DNA of 64,000 nucleotides, taken from assembly GCA_013265495.1 (NCBI GenBank), contig MU057880.1, forward strand, positions 1,828,527 through 1,892,526. The letters run 5' to 3'. A program made the translations under genes and the position numbers. Numbering within the stretch: position 1 is the stretch's first letter; every line of letters begins with the position of its first letter. The stretch is from Vicugna vicugna. Lineage: Eukaryota. Under the pieces are notes generated by a model. It made no database searches, was not told the DNA's origin, and saw nothing but the letters and a program-made list of their open reading frames with translations. Positions 1 through 12,009 of the stretch are shown piece by piece.

Positions 1-639
1 AGAAGTTAGAGTGGATGGTTCTATCAGACAGTAATAGTTTTGTATCTAACTCCTGGCTGGCACTTCTTTGTGAAGTTGTCAGCAAATACGTAATTCTCAA
101 ATGTTCTTTGGGTCATTTATAGCACCTTTCTTATAATTAATGAGTTGAATACAATTTTTGACAAGCGTTCACTTTATTTTTCATAAGAGTCATGATTTTA
201 ACTTTTTGGAAAAATACTTAAATTCACTGCAATCTAGCACAATATTCACAGTATTATGGCAAAGGAAGAATATTTGTCTCTGTCCATTGAGAAGTGTAAG
301 GTTCACATGTATTAAATAAATTGCCCAGTTTCGCACAGCTTCTGAGGGCTGAGCCTAGAAATGGGGAGGATTTTCACAAATCAGGCCAAATGACCACATG
401 CTGAAGTTCTACAAATTTGTGAATACATTAAATGGCAAAGCCTTCGAGTACTATTAATTTTATTAAATATTTTTGGGAAAATGTGGATTTTAAAGTATAA
501 ATTTTATATTATACATATTTTTGTACTGAATCCCAAATTATATGAAATTTTATGATTGCTCATGAAATGACAGAGATTATGGACAAAGCAGGAAGGACAG
601 GAAAATGTTGTTATAAATATGCTGCAGATATTCAAAGGT

Positions 640-1940
640 AACTGTGACCATGATGTGGAGAAAAATAAAGGACATTAAAAAGAACTACATGAAGCATCTA
701 GAGATAAACACATACAATATCTGAAAATTTTAAAATATACATACTAAAAGGGTTTAAGAGAAATTTAGATACTGAACAAAAATAATAAGAGAATGTACAA
801 CAGAGAATACCAGTGATCAATGGGAAGGTAAAATGTGTGAGTTATTAGAGAAATTTATTTAAGAAAAAGGAAAGAAAAAGGGAGTATAAATATAAAGAAA
901 TTAATGGCTGAAATTTCCCCAAATTTGGCAAATTCAAACAAGCTCAACAAATCCAAAGAAAAAGAAAACCAAAGAAAACCACCAAGGCACATCTTAATCA
1001 AATTAGGAAAAAAAATCCATGATAATGAGTAAAATCTTTAAAGTCAAGAGAAAGAAAAACAGACAGTACACAAGAGAAACAGAATAAAAGTGACAGCCAT
1101 TTCTTGTCAAATCATACGCCAAAAGACAACAGAGAGACATTTACAAAGTAAATTAATTTTAAAAAATGGAATTCTCCATTCAGTAAAAACACCTTAAAAA
1201 TGAAAAGGCAAAACATTTTTTAGACAAATGTTGAAAGAAATCATTGTCAGTAGACTTGTACTATAAGACATGGTAAAAAGAAGCTTTTCAGGAAGAAAAA
1301 AATAAGATATCAGATGGAAATTTGGATCTGCAAGAGGATTCAGGAGAGCCAGAAATGATTAATATGTGAGTAAATATAGAAGACATTTTCTCATTTTAAT
1401 CTGATGAGTTTAAATGACTTTAAAGGCAAAAAGTAAATACTAATGTATTTTGAGTTTTATACCATACATAAAATATATAACACCAATAGCCAATGAAATG
1501 AAGTAGAGAAAGTATATTGTTGTAAGGTTCATATACTATACATGAAGCAGAAAAATATTATTTAAAAATAGACTGTGACCACTAAGGAGAGAGAGACATA
1601 GAGATAAAAATAGAGATGGCAGTGGGTGGTAGAGAGAATCCAACAATAGAGGAAAGAACAAATAATTGAAAACTCAGTTAATGAAAATGGTGGCACAGAG
1701 GGAAGAAAAACAGATCAGAAAGCAGACAGAACAAACAGAACACACAGCAAATAGTTTTAAACTCAACCATATCAATAATTATAATAAATGTAATTGATTT
1801 AAATTCTCAAAGTAAAAACTGAGGATTGTCATAGGTAATTGTTTTCAAAAACCAGTTCTTTGTTATCTACAAGAAACCCATCCTAATTTTGTGTATGCAG
1901 ATGAGGTAAGAGCCAGTGGATGGAAAAAATTTCCACCTTA
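640..1940 (+). mobile_element. Old LINE-1 fragment (ORF1 3' half to start of ORF2 endonuclease), degenerate
   Basis: A-rich with L1 motifs such as atggctgaaatttccccaaattt, aggcacatcttaatcaaatt, tctacaagaaacccat; boundaries approximate. Confidence 0.75.
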
Positions 1941-2009
1941 AAACAAGAGCATGTCCTAAGCTTGAGATCTTGCTTGTAACAAGACCTACTGTGTGTTCAG
2001 GGGGCCACT

Positions 2010-2503
2010 GATGCTCAGGGAACGATTCTGACACTCTGGTCACTGCTGCTGTGGTGAGTGCCACAGTGCCTTTGTCTCTGACCCAGCAGTCTCATGTCCT
2101 CTGTCAGCAGCCAGGAAACAGGCAGGCTAACTTGCCGGCTTGGGAGAAGAATACAAATAAAATAAAATGTACAGGAACACTTCAGTCCCCTCCCAGTCCT
2201 GACAGGACCCGCTTCCTTTTCCACATGCCGGTCTCTCCCCAGCAGGGCTCTTCCACGGGCAGCTTGAGTGTGGCCACACCGTGCTGGCTGGCTTCCCTCA
2301 GAGAGGACCGTCACAGAGGTAGAAAGCCGAGTAGAAAGTAACCATCTGCTTACTTCACCTCAGAAGTCACACAGCATAATTCTGCAGTGCTCCTATTCAT
2401 CGAAGTCTACTTAGTCATCAACCCACCCTGAAGTAGAGGAATTAAGCACCCCTTTTTGAAGGGAAGAGTGTCTGAAAACTTCTGGACATACTTTAAAGCC
2501 ACC
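2010..2503 (-). mobile_element. MaLR MLT1-type LTR remnant
   Basis: ctcagaagtcacacagcat...ttttgaagggaagagtgtc...tttaaagccacca resembles the reverse complement of an MLT1 5' end. Confidence 0.55.
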
Positions 2504-2504
2504 A

Positions 2505-2745
2505 GGTACCATGACTCTGTTTATATGAAGTTCTAGAAAAGGTAGAAGTCTAATGACAGAAAACTGATCAGTGGTTGCCGTGACCAAACAGGCTGACTGC
2601 TAAAACTCACAAGGAAACTGAGGGAATGGAAATGTTCTCCATCACGATTCTTATGTTCCTTTTACAACTAATAAAACTGTGCACTTAAAATTGATGAGTT
2701 TTACTGTATGTAAATTATCTCTATAAATGTGATGGAAAATTGGAA
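2505..2745 (+). mobile_element. L1M-type 3' end
   Basis: tttatatgaagttctagaaaagg...atcagtggttgcc...actgtatgtaaattat. Confidence 0.65.
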
Positions 2746-2791
2746 AAGAAAATGTATGACATTCACGAACTACTGACTATATACGTGGGGG

Positions 2792-3246
2792 TGGTACCAA
2801 GTCCAAACTCGTTCTGCTCGCCACACGACAGGCTAATAAATCGGGAGACAAGGTGTTGGGGCAAGGAACAGCGACTTTATTCAGAAAGCTGGCAGACCAA
2901 GAGGATGGCAGACTAATGTCTTGGAGAACCATCCTGCTCCAGTCAGAATACAAGATCCTTTAATACAAAAATAAAAAAAAAAAAACCAATAAACAGGGGA
3001 GGCAGTGTGGTCGATTTTTGCAAAGTTCTTGGTGTACAAATTCTTTGTTCCTGCAGCCGTCCACGTGGGCCAGCTCATGGTGCTCCTGCAAAACCTCCAA
3101 CAAAACAAATGTTATTCTCCATTCTGCAACTTGTTATCTTTATGTGAGTGCAGAGCTGGCAAGACTAAGCCTAGAAAACAGGGCCCAGCGGTCAAAGCTA
3201 AAGGAACAGATCTAATGGGGAGTCAGATTTGTACTTTTCTGTTACA
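2792..3246 (-). mobile_element. Solo ERV1 LTR, MER41-like (artiodactyl)
   Basis: Minus strand begins TGTAACAGAAAAGTACAAATCTGACTCC, contains AATAAA, ends in CA; both termini homologous to the LTR at 6724-7251; imperfect TSD gggg/gagg. Confidence 0.8.
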
Positions 3247-3545
3247 GAGGTGTACTGTCCTGACAGAGGGAACAGAGGTTTCTGAGGAAGAGTGACAGCT
3301 CGGATGATTGCTTCAGTGAAGTCAGAGGGAATGGCTAGAAATTTCCAGTACAAAGCTGTGTCTAGCATGCTTTCCTAGCCCAGCTTCTCCAAAGTAGAGG
3401 ACTAAAATAAGAGTCAGTAGTGATTATGTTTGTTTTTCTTCACCTTTTCTTCTGTGGGATGATGAGAGTACAGTGAACCCAGCCTGATGCCAACATCATT
3501 GGCAGTAATGGAAATCTTCCCATGCAAATGTCAGGCAGCGCTCTT

Positions 3546-4093
3546 TTTTTTTTTAATTGAAGTACAGTCAGTTACAATGTGTTGATTTCTGGTGTACAGC
3601 ATAATATTTCAGTTATACATATACATACATATATTCCTTTTCAGATTGTTTTGCACCGTAAGTTACTTCAAGATATTGAATATAGTTCCCTGTGCTGTAC
3701 AGAAGAAACCTGATGTTGATCTATTTTATATGTAGTAGTTAGTATCTGCAAATCTCAAACCCCCTGTTTATCCCTTCCCACCCTCTTCCCCACCTTCCAG
3801 TAATCGTAAGTTACTATGTGAGTCTGTTACTGTTTTGTAGATAAGTTCATTAGTGTCTTCTTTTTTTTAGATTCTACATATGAGTGATATTATATGGTAC
3901 TTTTCTTTCTCTTTCTGGCTTATTTCACTTAGAATGATGATCTCCAGGCCCATCCATGTTGCTTCAAATGACATTATTTTATCCTTTTTATTGCTGAGTA
4001 GTATTCCATTTTATAAACATACCACAGCTTCTTTATCCAGTCATCTGTTGATGGACATTGGTTGTTTCCATGCCTTGGCTACTGTATATAGTG
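3546..4093 (-). mobile_element. 5'-truncated lineage-specific LINE-1 3' end with TSD
   Basis: Poly(T) then aattgaagtacagtcagttacaatg...; TSD aggcagYgctctt at 3533-3545 and 4094-4106. Confidence 0.85.
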
Positions 4094-4739
4094 AGGCAGT
4101 GCTCTTGAACTTGGGCAGTGGGAACTGTTAGCAAGCAGTGCTGTCCCCCATCTGGAACCAGCTAGAGGGCTGTTACCCACGGACAAAGGCAGTAAGAAGG
4201 AATAACATCATCAGTGTAAGTCAGAGCAAGAGCAGGAGACGTCCATGAAAAGGCCAGGAGAACTGGTCCTCAGTGCACAACAGCGACTTCCCTAGCATCC
4301 CAGAATAGTTGGAGAGGATTTTAGGAGAATCTAGATTTGTCAGAAAACATTTTTAAGGTTAATTCAGAGAAATGAAACACTATTTTCATTGTACTGGTAT
4401 GAATTTAGAAATATGAATTATCAGTAGACTAAAGCTTAAAGAGGGTGAGGGGCGCTGCAAAAGTGAGCCCAGACATTCTGGGGAAGAAATCCTTTGCATC
4501 TATTACAGTTAAAGGGCTCTGACTTCACTAAAGGATGCCTTCTCACTCTAAGGGGGCCTGAGTTTCTGCTCTCTCTTTTAACGGGAATAAGTCAACGGAT
4601 CAAAGCTCAAAACGAGCACTTAATTATCGAACACTGAAGAGGAATTAGAGTATCTGTTTAAACAGACACTTGATAGTAGATTTATCACAAATCAAATAAA
4701 AATGATCCACTTTAAAGGAACTTGATGAAATTAGCCCAA

Positions 4740-4930
4740 GAGGTTTCAAACTATCAACTTTTGGAACAATCATCTAACGCTCTTATTAAAATGAAATCTA
4801 CTAGGTCAAAGAACAGATACCCTGATTCTCTCAGTTTTGACTGGGATCCAGGAATCTCAGTTTTAAACAAGCACACTGAGTGATTCTAAAGCAAGTGGAC
4901 CTCAAAACACTCACATTTTGAAAAACACTA
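4740..4930. mobile_element. MER5-like hAT DNA transposon remnant
   Basis: ccaggaatctcagttttaaacaagc...gtgattct...ttttgaaaaacact. Confidence 0.5.
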
Positions 4931-6723
4931 AAAATGAGTGATATTAATACTTTATAGAGCATAATTTCAGAACATTCTGAAGCATGCAGTCTTCACATCA
5001 CATTACAGAATAAAAAGGTCATGCCATCAAAAGCTTAACCCTACAGGGGTTTCAAGTTATTTTTTTAAGCACATTTAGAAAAAGAATCTACTAATACTGG
5101 AGATACTTATGTTAGTGCTTTTCAACCCCATTGACTCATTTTATATGAAAATGTTCTCTTCTGTTATCTCCTTGCATCGATACCATATTATTCTTTTTTA
5201 TCTTCTCTAATATGGGGATTTTTCTTACCTAAAATGTTCCCTACCCTTATCCTACAGTGTAATCTAGAACATCTTAACTTTTTAAGAATTATTCATAGAA
5301 AGCAATTAACTGAAAGTCTTTCATCTAAATCTGATGCCAAATTATAAGCAACCTAATATTCACACGTAGTTAATTACTACTAAGTCAATATTGTATATTT
5401 TAACCTAATTATAATACAAGCATTAGGGGTCTGATGAAGAAAAGATCTCCTGGCTAATTCAGAAGACAGTTAACCTGCATTAGAGCTGGCAGATTCATAA
5501 GCTTGATTGTCTTGATAAAGTACACAATATTAAAAACTGACTGAAAGACAATTATTGTAACAATAGTCATTGTAATTGGACACCAGGCGTACATAAGACT
5601 GTGTATTTTTTCTAACAGAGACACAATTTGCTGTTGCATTACACCACTTAGGACTCCTGCCCAAAGAGAACACTCACCTTTTTCTTCCCTAAGTTCTAAG
5701 AGGAAATCTTATAACCACCATTGTTGTACAGAGCCAATGTTGTATCATAAGGCTGTGCACATATTATTACTGTCACTTCCTTATTTATAACCTTCTGGGG
5801 AACCACATGTTCACTCCATCTACATAAGGAGTCTTTGTGTATTTAAAACAAACTATTATTACCATTTAATTATGTAATGTTAACAATTGTACACATAATG
5901 CACAGAAAACCACAACCTTAGAGTGCTGAAATTTAATGACACGTAGGAATCAGTTGTGTGTTTGAATGGAAATAAGATTTTCAGGTATCTAGTGTAAGCA
6001 ATAGATTATTGACAGTTGTGGAAGATTTGAATCTGAGAAGCAGCCCACTGAAGGCACGAATTCTGCTTTTCTTCACACACCAGTCTTGCATAAGATCACC
6101 TACTGCTCTGTGCACCCTTTCCTAAAAAATTCTTGTCTATTATGTAGATAAAGTCAAAACTCTTTTTATTCAAACCCTTTTAATGTTTCTATGGAAATAT
6201 AAGCCTGCTCCACTATTATATGTCCAGATGTTACAGACACATTGTGTGCCGTCCTTACACACAGCAGCTTTGAAGCTAAACATTTTTTTTGCATCTCTCT
6301 CACGGGAGACACGAGCGTCTTGAGGATAAAGGCACCTAGGATACTGTAAGTTTTCAATAATTCTTCTTAGCCTAAATTTTAAGTCATTTGCTATTTGCCA
6401 TCAATTCATGTTATTCCTTCTTTTCCTCCTCACGTATTTTTTTTTCCAATGTGTTTTTCAACTCTGCAAGAGTGCTAATTCTCAATTTGTTCTTTTTTAA
6501 CCACTCACTTATTGTGCTTGTGGCCTTAAAAACTCTGTTCCGTTTCAATTTCTATATCACCTTGAAAACCATTCCTGTACACATTCTTTCTGAAGGGAGG
6601 CTGTAAATACAAACAATATTGATACCTCACCATTTCCAACCATACTGAATATTAAAGATTAAATTGTTATCTTTAAAATTGCTATTATCATTTTACTTCA
6701 GGCAGGAGAGAAAATTAAGGAAT

Positions 6724-7251
6724 TGCAATAGGGAAGAACAAATCTGATCCATACTGGATCTGTTTCCCTTACTTTGGCCTTTGTATTCATTGCTTTTGCT
6801 ACAAGTTGATCGCTACAAGTTGATCACCACAAGGGATGTTGCCTGCAAGTTAAATGCTACATAATGGCCCATTTCCCAGAACCGTGCCTCCCAGGTCTGA
6901 GCGTTAAGCTAAAATGCCTTTGTTTAGCTCACAGGAAACATCTTGACTGGGCTCACCTGTGAATGGTTTCAGGAAAGAAGAAATTAAACATCCCCACTGA
7001 GTGTGGCCACAACCAGGACATTTTGCAATAACTTATTACCTTTTCACTTTACCTCCTCACTCACTCCCTCTTCCTTCTGTAAAAGAAACTAGCATCCAAA
7101 CCCAGGCAAGATGGTTCTTTGGGACACTAGTCCTCCAACTTCTTGGACTGTTGACTTTCCGAATAAAGTCACTATTCCTTGCCCCAACACCTCGCGTGTC
7201 AATTTATTGGCCTGTCACATGGTGAGCCGTATGACTTTGGACTCGGTAACA
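6724..7251 (+). mobile_element. Solo ERV1 LTR, MER41-like, with exact 4-bp TSD GAAT
   Basis: TG...CA termini, GAAT on both flanks, AATAAA near 7162, internal 14-bp tandem duplication gctacaagttgatc (6798-6825). Confidence 0.85.
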
Positions 7252-7833
7252 GAATGAGAGATTGAAACTACTGACATGTCACTTAGGTAGATCTAAAACT
7301 AGAAATTTCTTTCTTGTTCGAATTTCAGTTCAGTTCAGTTTGGGTACATCTGTTTGATTGGTATTATAAGTCTATACATCTTTTTAAGAAGTTAATGTGA
7401 CATTTTATTTATTCAGTGAAATATTTCCATAGCCTGCGGTAGCCACTGATTTCAACACATCTGTGAAATTCGATAATGCTGTGATGAGCCAGCGTGTGGA
7501 TGGGAAGGGAAATGGCCTGGACTTCTGCAATAGATTTCAACAGAGTAGGAGAAACACATGGTTCACCCAGTCAGACACAGTTCTCGTCCTCATCCACTGT
7601 GACTTTACCTCTCCCGCTGCTCTCTTTCAACTGCTTTTCTTTTGAAAAACTACTTTCTGGTAGAAAGAGAGAGCTGTAATAAGTTCAGACATGTGCTAAC
7701 CCTTCCAAAGTTCATGGTCCTTGAAACAGCCATCTCAAGAGTCATGAGAAGCCGTCACTTGGACTGATTCATAGGAGAATAGAGCTTTACAAATTCTCGT
7801 GGCTGTTTCCTCTGGGTACAGTCCTTGTCACAG

Positions 7834-7834
<1 letters not shown>

Positions 7835-7869
<35 letters not shown>
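7835..7869. repeat. (TG)17 microsatellite
   Basis: Direct reading. Confidence 0.97.
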
Positions 7870-7877
<8 letters not shown>

Positions 7878-7880
7878 AAA

Positions 7881-8395
7881 TGTTGCAGAAAAACGTGTTA
7901 CAGCTCGTATTTCAGCAACCTGGATCTGGGCGAGAGACCAAGCAGCACTCGGAGAGTTGGAGAACACAGGGTTATTACACCAGCGGGCCCAGAGGAGTTA
8001 ACACTCCAAGCTCTGGATTCCGTCTGTAGGTTTACACAGGCCTTTATATGCTGCCAGTTTTACACTTTGCAACATTATATGCAAATAAAGTATAACAGAA
8101 GTTGACCAACTAGGAACAAGCTTTGTAGAAATAGAACAATCAGGAGTGTGAGAAATAACCAATCAGGAGTGAGGGGAATGGACCAATCAGGAGTGAAGGA
8201 AATAACCAATCAGGAGCGAGCTCAGGGAACCAATAGAATTTTAGGGGTAAGTTCCACTTTCCTAGAAGTAAGCAGTTTCAGAGGCAAAAAGTGAGACAGA
8301 GCCTCTGGGCTGGGGAGCCGGATGGTGCTGGCAGAAGAGTAGTGGCCCTGCCTGGGGGTCTTGCCAGTCTTTTTTTTATGAGGCTTTCCACCTCA
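7881..8395 (-). mobile_element. Solo ERV LTR with 4-bp TSD TAAA and U3 tandem CCAAT repeats
   Basis: Minus strand TGAGG...GCAACA, TAAA at 7877-7880 and 8396-8399, TATAAA at 8043-8048. Confidence 0.85.
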
Positions 8396-8434
8396 TAAAC
8401 ATAATGCTGATTCCACTGAAGATCCTTGCTCTAA

Positions 8435-9000
8435 AGATTCATTTATTTCACAAATATATTTTTTTGATTATCTCCTACATGTCAAGCCCTCTGATGTGCA
8501 TTGAGGATATGATGATACAATTGCTTATTGTTTCACAAAATTGGGAGTAACATTCATCAGATAACCACAGAAACAAATACATATTTGAAAATTATTAAAG
8601 TAAGCTAAATAGAAAAATTGAGAAGTTTTATGAGAGAGAATGGAGGGGGCACTTTGAGAGGCTTTGTTGAAGTAGTCGCACTTGAGCTGACACTTAAGGG
8701 ATATAATGCAGTTGAATCATAGATTACGAACCCTAAGATAATGTTTTAGACAGTGTCTGCAACCCACTTAAAGTCCCTGAGGTAAGGAAGAGGAGGGCCT
8801 CTTACAGGAGCAGTAGGAAGGACTCTGTCTGGAATCTAGCTTTGGGGGAGATGATGATGATTAAGAGGAACTCTGAGGACCCCATCCTGCAGGGCTTTGT
8901 AGGATGCAATTAGGATTTGGAAGCTTTACCTTTAATACAATGGAAAGGCATGGATGAGCTCAGAGTAGGACAGAATGATTTATATTTTTTAAAAAATCTC
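8435..9000 (-). mobile_element. LINE-2 3' fragment
   Basis: attcatttatttcacaaatatatt...ctacatgtcaagc, typical reverse complement of the L2 3' end; boundaries approximate. Confidence 0.55.
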
Positions 9001-10544
9001 AGTACAATGTCAGGATGACTAAAATAAAGGAGGGTGGAAGTAAAGAAATAACTCCTCTACGTGTATGACATAGGAGACACAGACTTGGGGATTGAAACTC
9101 ATTTGTGGGAGACCGCTTGATTTTGGTGTCAGATATGACTTCTGACCCTCTTCAGTTGGGAAGAGATTTCTAATTAACTGCCAGTAAGCTAATAATATTC
9201 ACACCTGCAGGGGAACTTGTGAAAATCTTTCATGCCAGTCTGGGAAGACACAGTGATCTTTACAGGAAAAAAAATTTGGTTGGATATTTTTGTGGTCTAG
9301 TATTCCTCTTGTCTTCAAGTTCTTCTGGGAATGAACTTGAAAATATACTGAAGATTCCATAAGGAGACTCATTTGAAATTAAAATAATCAATCTGCTGCC
9401 AACGTAGAAATCCATAAACACTTGACACGTTAAAAATTAAATACAATTTAACTGTTTTACTGATGTGGGTTTTTAACATAAGAGATGTTTTTGGTGCTAG
9501 AAATGACCTCCACAGGTTAGTTCCGCACAGATATGTTTAAGTCACAACTAATTTAAAAATTTAATTTCTATGCCTATTGTCTTATCATTTTTGTTTGCTT
9601 TCACCACTAACTCTATTGAAAAAATAACCCACACTCCCTACTTAGCATCATGAGCACATTTCCTCGCTGTTACCAGGTATAAAACCATCATTCAAGATCA
9701 CTAATTACCTCCTAACTGCCAAATACAGCGGCTTCCCCTAAGTCCACAAGCCACTTCATCTTTTCACAACACGTATCTACATCTTACAAACATGCTATCT
9801 CCTTTTGTTCTATTTTTTCTGTACATGTTCTTTAAATTTCAGTATGTACCAAAGCAGCTTTCTCACTGAGCACTGCCCCATACATTCTAAAGCTTCTCCT
9901 CTGTACGTTATGACTTCCTTCTTTATCTACAAATCCATCTGCCAACCTGCCACCCACCCACCAAAATGGGTATAAATCAGGATTCAGCATTTCCCGTCAG
10001 TTCCTTATTCTTATTTCTTATTCCTTATTCTTATTTACAGAGTTCCCCACCGGGGTCATGGGCCCCTTCATCTTACAACCACTTTTAAATCAGCTGCCTT
10101 GGCTTAAAAATTCTTCATGAACAATCACTCTTGTTTTCTTCACTGCCCCTCACGCTACCTAAACGAATACACTAATCATTTGCCCTGGCCCATAATCTTT
10201 CTCTTTTTGATTTTATTATTTACATAACTTTCTTATTTATTTTCCCCAATTACTGGCGACATGATAGCATCCCCTTCATCCAAAACCTGCTTGGAAAAAT
10301 ACAGCCTAAATTCTTCACGAGAACTTCAAAACAATTGTGATCCAACTATAAACCACTTTTCCAACTTCATCTATAGATAGCGCTCTTTACATATTGCATT
10401 GTATTCGCCCTCCCAGTGGAACTAGCTGTTTTTAGAAGGCACTGCTTACCTCTCTGGTTACTCTCTTAGGTTGGGTGCCTTAGAAACAGAGCCTGAGACT
10501 GAGATTCTTGTGAAGTCATGCTCTCTGGAGAAAGAAAGTACCAG

Positions 10545-10897
10545 AGATGGAATGCTTTATCCTGCGCCACCCCCACAAATTTATATATTGAAATGTAACC
10601 AAGATCATGGTATTAGGAGGTGGGACTTTGGCAGGTGATTAGGTCTTGAGGGGGATCCCACATGGATGGGATCAGTGCCCTTTTGGAAGAGACCCCGGGG
10701 AGGTCCCTGGCCCCTTCCTCCTTCCACCATGTGAGGACGCAGTGGGAGGACAGCCATCGGTGTCACCAGGCACTGAATCCACCAGAACCTTGATTTTGGA
10801 CCTCCCAGCTTCCAGAACAGGAAGAAATAAATTTCTGTTGTTTACAGTTACCTGGTGTATGGTCGTTCTGGTATAGCAGGCTGAATGGACCAAGACA
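10545..10897 (+). mobile_element. MaLR MLT1A-like LTR
   Basis: ggtattaggaggtgggactttgg...ccatgtgaggac...cttccagaac...aataaatttctgttgttt...ggaccaagaca. Confidence 0.85.
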
Positions 10898-11023
10898 TTA
10901 AGAAAGGGAAATGTTAGGAATACATTGCTCCTTTTTTGTCTTTAAAGAGCATGTTGTTTTTTATCAGCATTTATCACATTTTCTTCTGTCTTCTTTTATT
11001 TTTTTCCCATTAAAAAAAAAAAA

Positions 11024-11220
11024 CTGAAGCATGATCAGTTTACAATGTTGTGTCAATGTCTGGTGTCCAGCATAATACTTCATTCATACATAAACATACG
11101 TATATTCGTTTTCATGTTATTTTTCATCATAGGTTACTATAACATATTGAATATAGGTCCCTGTGCTGCACAGTATAAATTTGTTGTTTCTTTTATATAT
11201 AGTAGTTAGTACCTGCAAAT
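11024..11220 (-). mobile_element. Short LINE-1 3' end, same family as 3546-4093
   Basis: Shared cagtt(t)acaatg...tctggtgt...tattgaatatag...ccctgtgctg. Confidence 0.75.
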
Positions 11221-12009
11221 GAGTTACTAATACGTAATGAAGCCCTTGGGAACAAAGACAATTTTTTTTGTTCTTCATTTTTATTCTTCGGCCACTACAG
11301 CTCCACGGATAAAGCTCTATAACACAGTCAGAAATTTTAGAATATTTCTTGAAATGTATTGTCAGTAAAAAGTGAACATTTTACAGGAAATCTGAAAAGT
11401 AGTAATCTTATTTTCTGGAAAAAGGTGATTATATATTTTACATTTCAATGCTATATTTATGGCTATGGATTTAAGGTCTTCTTTTGTATTTTATGTCAGA
11501 CCTTTCAAAAATCATTATTTTTTTGTCACTGAAATGCCATTTGGTATTGTTCCAAGATTAACTATATTAGTCATTCTTTTTTTTTTCTATAGCAGAACTG
11601 AAAGCTATTAGACATAAAGTTCATAAAACTCAAAAGAACCTCGGGATGCTGCCTTAGTGCAAGTGCTAAGTGGAACTGAGGACTGTTCTCAAATTGTTCA
11701 CAAAGGTAGCGGCCCACTTGCTCCATTAATTTTTTTTTTTTAAAGAACAAGCTACCATTTCAATATTTTATAACCTTTCGAGGCTTTCTTTCTACGTGCA
11801 AAACTCTAATGGGTCTGTTTTTCTGCTTTCTGGGCGTCTCTGATGCAATCTGAATTCTCACTAAGCTGCTTTTATAATTGAAGCCAAACATCCTATTTTC
11901 ATGTTATCTTTTTCCATTGGCTTAAGGTGTTTTCAAACTCCATCGATTTTATTTTCCCCTTGACTTTAGAAAAAGCACTGTAACACGAATTATTTAACTC
12001 GTTTTACTG

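Noticed and set aside
2792..7251. Possible provirus bounded by two related LTRs
   Set aside because: LTRs are in opposite orientation with separate flanks, and no gag/pol lies between them
8136..8234. Regularly spaced repeats resembling a CRISPR array
   Set aside because: Mammalian DNA, 23-24 bp period, inside an LTR U3 region, no cas genes
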